From: an uncultured Planctomycetota bacterium
Lineage (GTDB): Bacteria; Planctomycetota; Planctomycetia; Isosphaerales; Isosphaeraceae
Length of the DNA stretch: 64,000 nt
NCBI GenBank assembly: GCA_963823665.1
Contig: CAWGMQ010000003.1
Location: forward strand, 1,696,001 to 1,760,000
Direction: 5' to 3'
The notes beneath the pieces were generated by a model, which saw only the letters and a list, made by a program, of their open reading frames with translations, made no database searches and was not told where the DNA came from. Below, piece by piece: positions 39,602-50,346 of this stretch. A program made the position numbers and the translations under genes. The first letter of the stretch is position 1. The number at the start of each line of letters is the position of its first letter.

Positions 39602-40429
39602 TTATTCCATCGCTCGCGCCAGCTCCGCAACAAACTGGCCGATCTCGCGTACGACGTCGCCGTGCGGCCGGGTCGGCGACTCCGCCATCCGCCGCACGAT
39701 TGCACTGCCGACGATCAAGCCGTCGGCAACCGGCACAAGCTGCCGCACCTGCTCCGGGCCGCTGATCCCAAACCCCACGCAGATCGGCAAGTCCGTCTGG
39801 GTCCGTAGCCAGGAGACCGCTTCGACCACTTCTTCAGGCAAGGCCTTGCGCTCGCCGGTGATTCCCGCGACCGAGACATAATAGATGAAGCCAGTCGTCG
39901 TCCGGGCGATCTCAACGGCCCGCTCTCTGGGCGTGGTCGGCGTGATGAGCTGGATCAGCTTGACGCTGCGTGCGGTCGCCATCTCACGCAGCCGCGCTGA
40001 TTCCTCGACGGGCAGGTCCGGAACAATCAAACCGTCCAGCCCGGCGGCCGCCGCTTCGTCCAGGAATCGCTCGACGCCCTGGCGATGAACGATCGCGAAC
40101 GAGACCATTCCGACCAGTGGCGTCGCTTCGAGCCGCGCCGCCCCGTCTGCGCGAAGGGTGCGTATCATCTCGAAGATGCGCGGGATCTTCACGCCGTGCT
40201 CCAGCGCCCGATGGTAGCTCGCGGCGATCACCGGCCCATCTGCAATTGGATCAGAATACGGAAATCCGATTTCGACCAGATGCGCACCCGAAGCAACTAC
40301 CTCGGAAATCAGCGTCGCCGTCGTCGCAAGATCGGGATCACCCGCCGTCACGAACGGCATCAGCGCCCGGCGTTTGTTGGTCCGGAGCTTTGAGAACAAG
40401 GCGTCAATGCGGTTCGTAGGGTCCGCCAC
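39602..40429 (-). CDS. trpA: Tryptophan synthase alpha chain
   Basis: PFVTAGDP, EIGFPYSDPIADGPVI, VPDLPVEE, YVSVAGITG, VGFGIS, DGLIVGSA; GTG start at 40429 assumed. Confidence 0.97.
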   Translation of the reverse strand: MADPTNRIDALFSKLRTNKRRALMPFVTAGDPDLATTATLISEVVASGAHLVEIGFPYSDPIADGPVIAASYHRALEHGVKIPRIFEMIRTLRADGAARLEATPLVGMVSFAIVHRQGVERFLDEAAAAGLDGLIVPDLPVEESARLREMATARSVKLIQLITPTTPRERAVEIARTTTGFIYYVSVAGITGERKALPEEVVEAVSWLRTQTDLPICVGFGISGPEQVRQLVPVADGLIVGSAIVRRMAESPTRPHGDVVREIGQFVAELARAME

Positions 40430-40490
40430 TGCGGACCGATCTTTTTCGCCATGGTCCTCTCGGAAATCAGTCCGCAACGGCGGACCCAAC

Positions 40491-41750
40491 TCAGATCGAT
40501 TCACTCCGGAGCCGCGCGATCTCGTACGCATCCTTGTCGCCGCGGCCCGAGAGGCAGACAACCAGGATCTTCCCCGGCCCGAGCGCGGTCGCTTCTTTGA
40601 ACGCTTGTGCGACCGCGTGGCTCGATTCCAGGGCGGGAAGAATGCCTTCGTGCCGGGCGGTCACATTGTACGCTTCGAGCGCTTCGGCATCCGTGATCGA
40701 TTCATACCGCGCACGGCCGATTTCTTTCCAGAAGCTGTGCTCCGGGCCGACACCCGGATAATCGAGGCCCGCCGAGATCGAGTGCACATCGGAGGTCTGT
40801 CCATCCTCATTCTGGAGCACGTAGCTGTAGCTTCCATGAAGCACTCCCGGCTGGCCCTGAGTAAGGCTGGCCGCGTGCTCGCCTACCTGCGGCCCCCGGC
40901 CGCCGGCCTCCGCTCCAACAAGCGCGACGTCCTGGTCGTCGATGAACGGCGCAAAGATCCCGGCCGCGTTCGACCCGCCCCCGACGCAGGCGACCAGCAT
41001 GTCCGGAAGGCGGCCAATCTGCTCGAGACATTGAGCCTTCGTCTCCCGGCCGATGACGGATTGGAAGTCACGAACGATCATCGGGAAAGGGTGCGGCCCG
41101 ACGACGCTGCCAATCGTATAATGCGTGGTGGCCGACGAGCCCATCCAGTCGCGCATCGCCTCGTTGGTCGCGTCGCGAAGGGTGCGCGAGCCCGTTGCCA
41201 CCGAGACCACACTCGCCCCCAGCGTCCTCATGTTGAAGACGTTCAGCTTCTGACGACGGATGTCTTCTTCACCCATGTAAACCGTGCACTCGACTCCAAA
41301 GAGGGCGCACGCGGTCGCGGTGGCCACGCCGTGCTGGCCGGCGCCCGTCTCGGCAATCACGCGCTTCTTCTTCATCCGCTCGGCCAGCATCACCTGCCCG
41401 ATCGCGTTGTTGATCTTGTGGGCACCGGTGTGATTCAGGTCCTCGCGCTTCAGGTAGATCTCTGCTCCGCCGGCGAATTTGGTCAGACGCTGGGCGTGAA
41501 ACAGCGGCGAAGGGCGCCCGACGTAGTGCTTCAAGTAGCCGTTCAGCCGCTTCTGGAATTCCGGGTCGGACCTGGCCTCTTCATAGGCCACGGTGAGCTG
41601 ATTGAGCGCGTTCATCAGCGTCTCGGGCACGAATCGGCCTCCGAACGGCCCGAACCGCCCCAAAACGTCTGGACCCGTGATCGGAACGTCGAATGGCAGG
41701 GCCTCGGGCGCCTGATCGTGAGGCCTGCCCGTCGTCATGAATCTGGTCAT
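40491..41750 (-). CDS. trpB: Tryptophan synthase beta chain
   Basis: [16 protein letters not shown] (PLP lysine), [38 protein letters not shown]. Confidence 0.98.
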   Translation of the reverse strand: MTRFMTTGRPHDQAPEALPFDVPITGPDVLGRFGPFGGRFVPETLMNALNQLTVAYEEARSDPEFQKRLNGYLKHYVGRPSPLFHAQRLTKFAGGAEIYLKREDLNHTGAHKINNAIGQVMLAERMKKKRVIAETGAGQHGVATATACALFGVECTVYMGEEDIRRQKLNVFNMRTLGASVVSVATGSRTLRDATNEAMRDWMGSSATTHYTIGSVVGPHPFPMIVRDFQSVIGRETKAQCLEQIGRLPDMLVACVGGGSNAAGIFAPFIDDQDVALVGAEAGGRGPQVGEHAASLTQGQPGVLHGSYSYVLQNEDGQTSDVHSISAGLDYPGVGPEHSFWKEIGRARYESITDAEALEAYNVTARHEGILPALESSHAVAQAFKEATALGPGKILVVCLSGRGDKDAYEIARLRSESI

Positions 41751-42274
41751 CGCGTGGTGATTCCTCGCCGGGTTCGGTCAAGCTCTCTGCTCGCTCGCGG
41801 AATCGAATCACCACCACCAGCGAGACTTCCCGCGCGCAGGCACTGTTTCCTGCGATCGGCTTCATCGTCGTCGGCTGCTTCGGTGTAGAAGTCGAAGAAC
41901 CGCTGGCCGGCAAAGTAATCGGCCATCGCCTTCCGGACAGTGCGCAACTGACTCTGGAACCTTGCGTATTGACGGAGAAATCGCCTGCGATCGGCCTCGG
42001 GCATCTCCAGGATGTCGACATAATACCGGTCACCTGTCGCCGGATCGCGGAAACTCCACAGTCGCTTGACCCGCGTGCCTGTGTCTGGGTCGTCGTATTC
42101 GAGCAAGCGTGCATAGTGCCGCGCTTTCATCTTCTTGGCGAAGGCAACCAGGCCGGCATTGGATTCAAACCCGCGGATTTCCTCGATCCATTTGACGATG
42201 TCGTCGGTTTGAAGCCGTGGACCTTTCTCCTCGCAAAGTTCTTTCAGGCTCGCGACGATCTCAGCGGTTCCCAT
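41747..42274 (-). CDS. Hypothetical protein translationally coupled to trpB
   Basis: GAGGGAG RBS; helical, charged globular sequence; its TGA overlaps the trpB ATG (ATGA). Confidence 0.75.
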   Translation of the reverse strand: MGTAEIVASLKELCEEKGPRLQTDDIVKWIEEIRGFESNAGLVAFAKKMKARHYARLLEYDDPDTGTRVKRLWSFRDPATGDRYYVDILEMPEADRRRFLRQYARFQSQLRTVRKAMADYFAGQRFFDFYTEAADDDEADRRKQCLRAGSLAGGGDSIPRASRELDRTRRGITTR

Positions 42275-42522
42275 TGGCGCGCTCCCTCGATGGGTCCCAT
42301 GTCATTCAAGCGGGTTTCCGCATTCCCTCGAGCGGGTCAACCTCGAGAGCCCCTCAATCTTCCGGGATTCGAGCGGGCCTGTCCAGATGTGTCGATGCGC
42401 CTTCGTTCACGCTCACTTGCCCGGCTGGTCCCTTTTCCGTGGTTGCCCGCAGCCTCATAATAGCATGGAGTCGGCATTCGGCGCGAATCGCCGCGGCCCC
42501 CCAGAAGCCGAAGGAGGGAATC

Positions 42523-43939
42523 ATGCGGGCGAGATCGACGTACCTGCGGTTGGCTGCAATGGTGGCGATCGGTTCGGCAATCACGGCCTCCGTGGTGAAT
42601 TCCGGCCGTGAAGCACGCTCGGACGAGACCGGCGGCTGGTCGACTCCGCTGGATCGCGCGGCCGCCGAGAGAGGTCGAACGGCGCTGGTACTCGAGGGAT
42701 TCCTCAAGCCCGAATGGAGCACCGCCGCCTACCGCAACGCTGGCCGCCAGTGGGAAGGGCCTGTGCCTGACCCGGAGAAAGAACCGGCCGCTTACGACGC
42801 CGCGTTCCGGCACCATTACGGCTTGCACCCTGCCCCTTATCCCAACGACGGGCTGCCGATGGGCCTGCGCAGGGGCATCGGGCCCGGCGGCGTCAAGACT
42901 GGCCTCCAGATCGACTGCATGCTCTGTCACGGCGGCTCGATCGGCGGCCAGAGCTACATCGGACTGGGGAATACCCAGCTCGACTCTGAAAGCCGTCCTG
43001 TTCGAGCTGACCATCGCCGACGGCAAGCGCCCGCCGTTCTCAACGTTCGTGCTCAACTCATCGCGCGGCACCAATAACGCCGGTCAGGTCGCCGCCGCCC
43101 TGCTGAGCTTGCGAAATCGTGATCTCACCGTCCGATCGTTTCCACTGCCCCTGGCGGTCAACCTGCCGGAGATGGATACGCCGCCCTGGTGGCACTTGAA
43201 ACGCAAGCGGACCATGTACTACGACGGTCGCACCGACGTGCGCTCCGTACGCACCAACATGCAGTTCATGCTGGGCGAAAAGAGCTTCGCCGACCTGCAA
43301 GCGCTCGAGCCGGCCTTCCGCGACGTCCAGGCCTTCCTCCGCAGCATCGAGCCGCCCAAGTACCCTTTCCCCATCGACGCGGAAAAAGCCGAGCGCGGAC
43401 GCATCGTGTTCGAAGCCAACTGTGCGACTTGCCACGGAACATATGGGCCCGACGGCCACTATCCCAACAAGATCATCCCGCTCGAAAAAATCGGCACCGA
43501 CCCGGCGCGCTTCCATGGCCTCTCCGACCGGCTGGTCGCCCACTACAATTCGACCTGGCTCGGCGCCGAGTATCCTGTCGAAACCAAGCGCGTAGGCTAT
43601 CAGGCCCCGCCTCTGGACGGCATCTGGGCGTCCGCTCCCTATCTGCACAACGGCTCGGTGCCGACGTTACACGCCATGCTCGACTCCACCACCCGCCCTG
43701 CCGTGTTCACCCGCCCGCCGTCGACTGACTTTTGCAACTACGACACGACGAACGTCGGCTGGAAGTTCAGCGAAGTGACCAAGGAAGATCTGGCCTCCAC
43801 TGCCAAGCGCTCGCGTTTCCAGGCCAAGTTCATCGTCGATACATCCCGGTTCGGTATGGGAAATCAGGGCCACACGTTTGGCGACGCACTTTCCGAGACG
43901 GAGCGACTCGATGTGATCGAGTATCTCAAAGGGCTTTAG
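42523..43939 (+). CDS. Exported di-heme cytochrome c (RoxA/CCP-MauG superfamily-like; frameshift near 42985)
   Basis: AAGGAGG RBS; signal peptide; CMLCH and CATCH; IGTDPAR; LDGIWASAPYLHNGSVPTL; GMGNQGHTFG. Confidence 0.88.
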
Positions 43940-43942
43940 CCG

Positions 43943-44794
43943 TCACGGCGAAAGCTCACCAGGCGGGCTCGGCCCGCCTTCCGGCGGAAGATGCCGGTGG
44001 ATCGCGAAATCGTAAAGCGCGATACCCGCGAGCCCGCCCGCTAGCGGCGCCAAAATCGGGATCCAGAAGTAGCTGCCGTGCGACTGGAACACGGCCGAGC
44101 CCCAGCCCAGCAGCGCCGAGGCCAGTCGCGGGCCAAGGTCACGGGCCGGGTTAATCGCGTATCCGGTGAGCCCGCCCAGCGACAGTCCGATCGCCCATAC
44201 CAGGCCGCCAAGCGCCAGCGGCTCGACAAACCCGCCGGGCGCCGCATTGCGCCGATCGGTTAATGCCCGGACGCCTAGCAGCAACACCGCGGTGCCAAGG
44301 AACTCGCTGAAAACGTTCCGCCACGTCGTGTCGAACGCCGGAAACGTCGCAAAGACCCCCGCTCCGCCGGCCGAGGGCCCTACCAGTTTGCCGGCCTCCA
44401 TTATCCCGCGAATCACGTGCTCATCCCGCTCGAAGGCTTGAAACGCGTCGCCGTAATCCGCGTAGACCAAGAGCGCCCCGACGAAAGCACCCGCCAGTTG
44501 CGCTCCCCAGTACGGCAGCAAGCGATTAAGCGGGAAATCACCACGCGAAACCAGCGCGAGCGTCACGGCCGGGTTGATGTGCCCACCGCTCAGCCGGCCA
44601 CTGACATAAACCGCCAGCGCAACGGCCAGCCCCCAGCCGGTCGTGATCATCATGTTGTCGGGCTTGCGGTAGAGCAGCACGACGCCGGCAACCACGCCAT
44701 TTCCCAGGACGACGAGTAGCGCCGTTCCGAGAAATTCGCCGAGCATGGCGGCGTGAAGTGGCGGCTGCGCCGGCGCGTTCGATTCCTTCGCCAT
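43943..44794 (-). CDS. glpF: MIP-family aquaglyceroporin (glycerol facilitator)
   Basis: EFLGT, SGGHINPAVT, GYAINPARDLGPR (NPARD marks the GlpF subtype). Confidence 0.92.
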   Translation of the reverse strand: MAKESNAPAQPPLHAAMLGEFLGTALLVVLGNGVVAGVVLLYRKPDNMMITTGWGLAVALAVYVSGRLSGGHINPAVTLALVSRGDFPLNRLLPYWGAQLAGAFVGALLVYADYGDAFQAFERDEHVIRGIMEAGKLVGPSAGGAGVFATFPAFDTTWRNVFSEFLGTAVLLLGVRALTDRRNAAPGGFVEPLALGGLVWAIGLSLGGLTGYAINPARDLGPRLASALLGWGSAVFQSHGSYFWIPILAPLAGGLAGIALYDFAIHRHLPPEGGPSPPGELSP

Positions 44795-44827
44795 GTCGAT
44801 GCCCTGTGCGAGGGTAGCAACTCGCTC

Positions 44828-46129
44828 CTAGCGGCCGCGCCGCTCCGGCTTGATCTCATCAACCTCGGGCGCCCGCGCGGCCCTCAGCTTCTTCGCAACC
44901 TCGCCCGCCTGGCGAAACGCGCGGAGAGCATTGCCTCCAAGGATCTTGTGCACGTCGGCTTCACTGTACCCGCGGCGCAGCAATTCTTCGGTCAAGCGAG
45001 GGTACGAGGCGACATCTTCGAGCCCCACCGGCCACATCGTGATCCCGTCAAAGTCTGAGCCGATGCCGACGTGGTCGATGCCGGCTGTTTTCACGATGTG
45101 ATCAATGTGGTTGACGACGTCGCGATACGATCCGCGCGAGAACTTCGCTGCGTCCGTCATGTACCACGCCTCGAGCGCCTTGGTGCGTTCTGCCCGGTCG
45201 GGATACTTGGCACGCAGCTCCTCGATCTTGGCCCGCATCTTCTTGCCCGATTCGGGAACGATGAAACCCGAGTAGAAGTTGACCATGACCACACCCCCAT
45301 TCTGCTTGACGAGCTTGAGAATCTCGTCCGGCACATTGCGGGGTGATGGGCAGAGTGCGTAGGCACTGGAGTGGCTGGCGATCAGCGGCGCTTCGGAAAC
45401 CCGCAGCGCATCCGCCATCGTGGCCGGCGACACGTGCGAAATATCCACGAGCATGCCGAGCCGATTCATCTCCTTCACGACGCGCTCGCCGAACGGCGAG
45501 AGGCCGTCGTGCTTGGGCGTGTCGGTCGCGGCGTCGGCCCAGTCGAGTGTCGTGTTGTGAGTGAGCGTCATGTAGCGGGCACCGAGCATGTAGAACGCCC
45601 GAAGCTGGGCGAGGCTGTTCTCGATGGCCACGCCCCCTTCGATGCCAATCAGCGAGGCGATCTTCCCTGCCTTGACAATTCGCTCGACGTCATCCGCCGA
45701 AAGAGCGATCTCGAACGCGTTCGGATAGCGCTCGACCATCCGGTGCACGAGATCGATCTGCTCGGTAACCGTACGCGCCGGGTTCGGGTGCTCGCTGGGG
45801 ATATAGACCGACCAGAACTGCGCTTTCACCCCTCCCTCGCGCAGGCGGGGAATATCCGTCTGCCCCGACGCGAGCCGCTGTGAAAGGTCAAACTTCGTCA
45901 AGCCGAAATCAGCCTCGGCGCGGAGGCGCCAGGGAAGATCGTTGTGTCCGTCGAAGAGCATCCCCGCGGCGTGAACTTGCCGGGCACGCTCGGAGATCGG
46001 CGGGAGCTTCTCCGGCTCATCCGCCCGGATTGCCGGCGATCCGGCCATCGCGACAATGAACACGAGCACCGTACGTTCGAGATATTTCATCCGCCGCATC
46101 AATCCCGCGAAACCCGACCGCAGTTGCAT
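44828..46129 (-). CDS. Membrane dipeptidase (peptidase M19), exported
   Basis: DGHNDLPW, QFWSVY, IEGG, YMTLTH, VDISHVS, ASHSSA, GIGSDFDG. Start could instead be 46090. Confidence 0.95.
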   Translation of the reverse strand: MQLRSGFAGLMRRMKYLERTVLVFIVAMAGSPAIRADEPEKLPPISERARQVHAAGMLFDGHNDLPWRLRAEADFGLTKFDLSQRLASGQTDIPRLREGGVKAQFWSVYIPSEHPNPARTVTEQIDLVHRMVERYPNAFEIALSADDVERIVKAGKIASLIGIEGGVAIENSLAQLRAFYMLGARYMTLTHNTTLDWADAATDTPKHDGLSPFGERVVKEMNRLGMLVDISHVSPATMADALRVSEAPLIASHSSAYALCPSPRNVPDEILKLVKQNGGVVMVNFYSGFIVPESGKKMRAKIEELRAKYPDRAERTKALEAWYMTDAAKFSRGSYRDVVNHIDHIVKTAGIDHVGIGSDFDGITMWPVGLEDVASYPRLTEELLRRGYSEADVHKILGGNALRAFRQAGEVAKKLRAARAPEVDEIKPERRGR

Positions 46130-46314
46130 GGCACCATCTTCCTTTATCTTGAGAGTTCTCCCGCGCGAGGTCCTATTCTGGTTGGGATCGGAGCCGGCGA
46201 CAATCCTCCGGCGGCCAGGAATTTCCTTTGGCGACATTACGGCGGGCAGCGTAAACTGACCGGCCGCCGAATGACGGCATCCCTCTCCACGTTTCCTGCG
46301 CGAGAACCGTTACC

Positions 46315-47277
46315 ATGCGACTCCCAGCCAAGCCATTGATGATTGTGCTTTGTTGCCCGCTCGCTCTAGCATTGCCGGCGCTCTGTGCTCTCGGCCAAGC
46401 CGGTGCAGACGACCGTCAGGGCGACGCCGCTGTCAAGCCAGTCGAGGTCGTGCGCACGAATGATTACACCGAGGGTGTAGTCGTCGACCACGACGGAAAC
46501 CTGTATTTTTCGCACGAGAAGATCGTGACCAAGGTCACTCCCGACGGCAAGGCGTCGACGTGGGCTCAGACAGGGTCTCCCAACGGCCATAAGGTTCTGG
46601 CCGACGGCACGCATCTGATCTGCGACGCGAGCCGGCACGCTCTCTTGCACCTGGCGGCCGATGGAACCGAGCTCAAGCCGGCCGCGACCGAGTCAGACGG
46701 CGAGTCGCTCCGCGGGCCCAATGACCTGACGCTTGATGCAGTCGGCGGGGTTTACTTCACCGACCCCGCCAGGTCCGATGACAAGAACCCGGACGGCTCC
46801 ATTCACTATCTCGATAAGGCCGGAACCTGCCACACCGTGGCCAAGCGTATTGCTTTCCCCAACGGCATTGTCATCCGCCCGGGCGGGAAAGAGCTCCTGG
46901 TCGGCGAAAGCCGCCGGAACCGGATCTTGAAGTTCCCGGTGCTCGAGCCCGGAAAGCTCGGTGAATCGAGCGTGCTGATCGACCTGCCGAAAAAGGGCGA
47001 GGGCCAGATCGACAATCAGCCCGACGGCATCGCGTTGGACGCGGACGGCAATCTTTATGTCGCCCATTACGGCATGCGGCAGATCCAGGTTGTGAGCCCG
47101 GAAGGCAAGTTAATTCACCAGTACCCGGGCGGCAACTTGACGACGTCCAACGTCGCCTTCGCCGGCGCCGCGATGGACAAGCTCTACACGACCGGAGGGA
47201 CGCCGGGCGCCCTCTTCCGGCTCGATCTGCCGGGCGTGAAGGGGCTCGTGATTCTGCCTCCAAAGACCAGCCCTTGA
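46315..47277 (+). CDS. SMP-30/gluconolactonase/LRE-family beta-propeller, exported
   Basis: YTEG, GPNDL, YFTDP, FPNGI, PDGIALDADGNLYVA, TSNVAF. Confidence 0.93.
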   Translation: MRLPAKPLMIVLCCPLALALPALCALGQAGADDRQGDAAVKPVEVVRTNDYTEGVVVDHDGNLYFSHEKIVTKVTPDGKASTWAQTGSPNGHKVLADGTHLICDASRHALLHLAADGTELKPAATESDGESLRGPNDLTLDAVGGVYFTDPARSDDKNPDGSIHYLDKAGTCHTVAKRIAFPNGIVIRPGGKELLVGESRRNRILKFPVLEPGKLGESSVLIDLPKKGEGQIDNQPDGIALDADGNLYVAHYGMRQIQVVSPEGKLIHQYPGGNLTTSNVAFAGAAMDKLYTTGGTPGALFRLDLPGVKGLVILPPKTSP

Positions 47278-47432
47278 CACCCCCGCGCCGCGCAACTTGG
47301 TGACCGGCCCACGACCGGGAACGAGGGATTCGTCGTTCCCGGGCGCAGGCAACGCTTGTCGGCGACTTCCAGAGCACCGCCTGACCACTTGCGCTCGCAT
47401 TCGTCCGCCAACCGCACACTTGACTGTCGCAG

Positions 47433-47559
47433 ACCCCCCAAAACGTCGTCATCGTCGTCATCTCCTTTCCACAACAGGAGTTACGAATGACGACGTTTTC
47501 TAAGCCGAAAAGCGACTCGAACCAACTCTCAAGCCCATCGACACTTACGAATGACGACG
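47433..47559. repeat. Iteron-like module 1 (core CGTCGTCAT: two tandem copies plus two inverted copies)
   Basis: ACCCCCCAAAA head; CGTCGTCAT at 47444 and 47453; TTACGA-ATGACGACG with cores at 47487 and 47551. Confidence 0.8.
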
Positions 47560-47696
47560 CCCTCCGCGCCAAGGATGTCGGATTCAATGCCCGTCCCGTC
47601 CGACGCGCCCCGAGTCGGAACGTCCCCGGCCTCCTCGCCGCCAACGCCAGGGTTTCGGCTGTTTAGGTAAAACGTTGCGCACTCGGGCCCGCGACC

Positions 47697-47758
47697 ACAC
47701 CGGCCCGAAGCGTAAGCGAGGATTCCGCTTACCCTTGCTCGCGTTTCCTGCAAGTGTG
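47697..47758. repeat. Degenerate REP/REPIN-like palindrome
   Basis: CACAC..CCCGAAGCGTAAGCGAGG...CCTTGCTCGCGTTTCC..GTGTG imperfect inverted arms. Confidence 0.5.
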
Positions 47759-48130
47759 CCGCGGGTGTTACCCGCTATCTAACCAGGCCCCAGTTCGTTT
47801 TGTATATTCGACGCGCGTCCTTTCCCTGTAACGATTAAGGGAACGGGCCCGTCCACCCTGTTCGTTGGAAACGGATCGCCAGACCTCACCCCATCGTCGC
47901 CTGGAGTACCGCAAATCTGGGATTAAGAATCCCCCGCAACATCCGGGGGTCTTTCGCTCCGCAAAAGTGCGTCCCCGTTCCCATCGTTTGTAAGGCAACC
48001 AGACGTCTCCGATTCCCGATGATCCTTCGTGGACGCAGCTCGACCTCGAATCCAGCAAGCCCGCGGAGGCACCGGAATCCGTTGGGACAAACGGCAGTTC
48101 GCGGCAGTGTCTCGTGCAACGCGAATGCGT

Positions 48131-48263
48131 ACCCCCCAAAAGTGCCGTCATGCCGTCAGCGCCTTGCCGGGATTGAACTTACGTCTGACGGCGCCTTTTG
48201 GCCCTGGAACGCGAATCGACACATCTCTTTTCGCTCATGACGTTTAAGCCTGACGGCACTTTT
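48131..48263. repeat. Iteron-like module 2 (core TGCCGTCA: two tandem copies plus two inverted copies)
   Basis: ACCCCCCAAAA head; TGCCGTCA at 48143 and 48151; TGACGGC at 48186 and 48251. Confidence 0.8.
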
Positions 48264-48721
48264 GCCAGCCTCCCCCATTTCCCCTCAGCGAGCAGGCGTT
48301 TCGTCAAACCCGAACGCTCCCGTCGATGCCCATCGTCGCCCTTCGCTCCGCCAAGGGATTCATCCGCCCTTGTCGGGCAGGCGGCGCAGAAGCGGCTTCC
48401 GCTCAGGGAAGAGACGGCGTACCCCGAGGCCCCGGATCTCCCTCCCACAGCGGTGAAAAAACAGGCCAAAAACATAGTGAACAACCCCATCGATTCGCAA
48501 TGGCAATTTTGCGTGGCCCGTGCCAAGAGCTGTTGCCATCGCCGAAGATCGCCGCGCTGTTCCGATTCGACTACGCCCATTGAACTTGCAGAACAGCCAC
48601 TCCACCCAAAGCAATCGTCGAGCCCGTCGGAAAAATGGCAAAAAATGGCAATCCTACGAGTCCTTTCAAGCATCCGTACACTAGTGTAAACCGGGCGCTT
48701 CCTGATCTTCATCCACCTCCC

Positions 48722-48768
48722 AATCTTAATCATAATCTTAATCTTAATCCTGGTCCCAATCTTAATTT
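48722..48768. repeat. AT-rich hexamer microsatellite (AATCTT)n, degenerate
   Basis: AATCTT AATCAT AATCTT AATCTT AATCCT ... AATCTT AATTTT. Confidence 0.85.
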
Positions 48769-49116
48769 TGATGTCGATCTCATTTCGGCTCGGACAACCG
48801 GGCCGCAGCCGTCACCCGCCCCACTCTGGCTGTGCCTCCAAAACGCGGCCGGTGCCACGAGCCCGCTCCCGCCGGCTGCAAGACGCACCGCGCAGCGCAC
48901 TCGCTCACGTACAATATGCGACGACTTTGCCGATTCGACGCGCCGTCGACCGGAAGATTTGCAGAAAGATTGCGGGTTCCATCGAAGACATCGATTAATG
49001 GACAAAATTCATTTTCTCCGTGCGCGCTTGCGCAGACCACACGCCCGCCCCCCCAGCCGTTCGGGACAACGCATCAGCTACATTGGTTCCTGACACCTTT
49101 TTTCCGTCCCGCCGCA

Positions 49117-50325
49117 TTAGCCGTGCAACATCGAAAGCGGCTCGAATCGCTGCCCCAGAACCGCTTCCGCCGGCAACCCCAGCCACCTGTCCAGTAGCGT
49201 CGCGTAGACTCGGCGGAAGTCGATCGACCAGCGCAGGTCGCCATCGACCAGCTCGCCGAGCCGGGGCGTTTCGCCGATCAGGCCAGCCTTGGCCTTCGAG
49301 CCGGCGAGGATGACCGGACCCGCCGTGCCGTGATCTGTACCAAGCGATCCGTTCTCGGTGGGGCGCCGGCCGAATTCGCTGAAGGCCATGAGCAGCACGC
49401 CATCGGCCAGCTTGGCGGCGGCCAGGTCGTCCAGGAAGGCACGGATGGACCGCGCGAAATCGCCGAGCAACTGCGCCTGGACCGGCAACTGCCCTGCGTG
49501 CGTATCGTAGCCGGACTGGATCGTGTAATAGACCCGCGCCGTCGCCCCCGCCTTGATGGATCGAGCGACCAGCTCCAGATGGCGGCCCAGTTGGCAATCC
49601 GGGTAACGGGCAGTGGTGCCGCTCGCTCGTCCGGCGGAAGCCGTGAGCTGTTCGGCGGTCGTGTATGCGCTCGTCACCGTGCGATTGACGAACGCGGCGA
49701 GGTCATCGCCGGCCTGTCGGTCGGGTGATGCAACCGCCGCCGCCGGGAGCGCCAGCGCGAGGTCGGCTGGATCTGCGAACGATGCGGACATGGTCCGTCG
49801 CCCGCGCAACGCCCGGGGCAGATCGCGCTCGCCGATGAACACGGCCGATGGCCCCAGAGGCGAGCTAGCGGGCTTGGCGGCCGACACGCCGTCGAGGGCA
49901 CGGCCAAGCCAACCGTGGAACTCGGGTCCGGGATTCTCCGGCTGCGCGGTCTGCCAGATGGCCATGCTCCGGAAGTGCGACCGATCCGGATTCGGGTAGC
50001 CCACCCCTTGCACGATCGCCAGCCGGCCGTCCTGGATCATGTCGGCCGCGGGTCGCAACGCAGGGTGCAGGCCGACGCCATCGGTCACCTTGCACACACG
50101 GTCGGTCGGGATTCGCAGCTCGCGGCGATGCCGGGCATAGTCCTCATCCCCGAACGGGACGACGGTGTTGATGCCGTCGTTGCCCCCGTCGAGCTGGACC
50201 ACGACCAGGATGCGACCGTCGCGCTCGGGCCCGGCCGCCATCGCGGTTCGCGAGAGGAAGCCCGGCACGGTCGGGGCCATCGAGAGCATGACCGAACGCT
50301 TCAACAGGCTGCGACGGGTAAGCAT
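49117..50325 (-). CDS. DUF1501 family protein (Tat-type signal)
   Basis: LTRRSLLK; VQLDGGNDGINT; GVGYPNPDRSHFRS; GYDTH; FSEFGRR; GTDHG. Confidence 0.93.
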   Translation of the reverse strand: MLTRRSLLKRSVMLSMAPTVPGFLSRTAMAAGPERDGRILVVVQLDGGNDGINTVVPFGDEDYARHRRELRIPTDRVCKVTDGVGLHPALRPAADMIQDGRLAIVQGVGYPNPDRSHFRSMAIWQTAQPENPGPEFHGWLGRALDGVSAAKPASSPLGPSAVFIGERDLPRALRGRRTMSASFADPADLALALPAAAVASPDRQAGDDLAAFVNRTVTSAYTTAEQLTASAGRASGTTARYPDCQLGRHLELVARSIKAGATARVYYTIQSGYDTHAGQLPVQAQLLGDFARSIRAFLDDLAAAKLADGVLLMAFSEFGRRPTENGSLGTDHGTAGPVILAGSKAKAGLIGETPRLGELVDGDLRWSIDFRRVYATLLDRWLGLPAEAVLGQRFEPLSMLHG

Positions 50326-50346
50326 GGTCGAGACTCCAAAAGTTTG

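Noticed and set aside
40374..41888. 504-aa + strand ORF
   Set aside because: Antisense to trpB.
47297..49100. Numerous short ORFs and a possible tRNA (including tRNA-Sec) in the long intergenic gap
   Set aside because: No protein-like composition or RBS support; no cloverleaf or T-loop consensus recognised by eye. A tRNAscan/Infernal run would be needed to exclude it fully.
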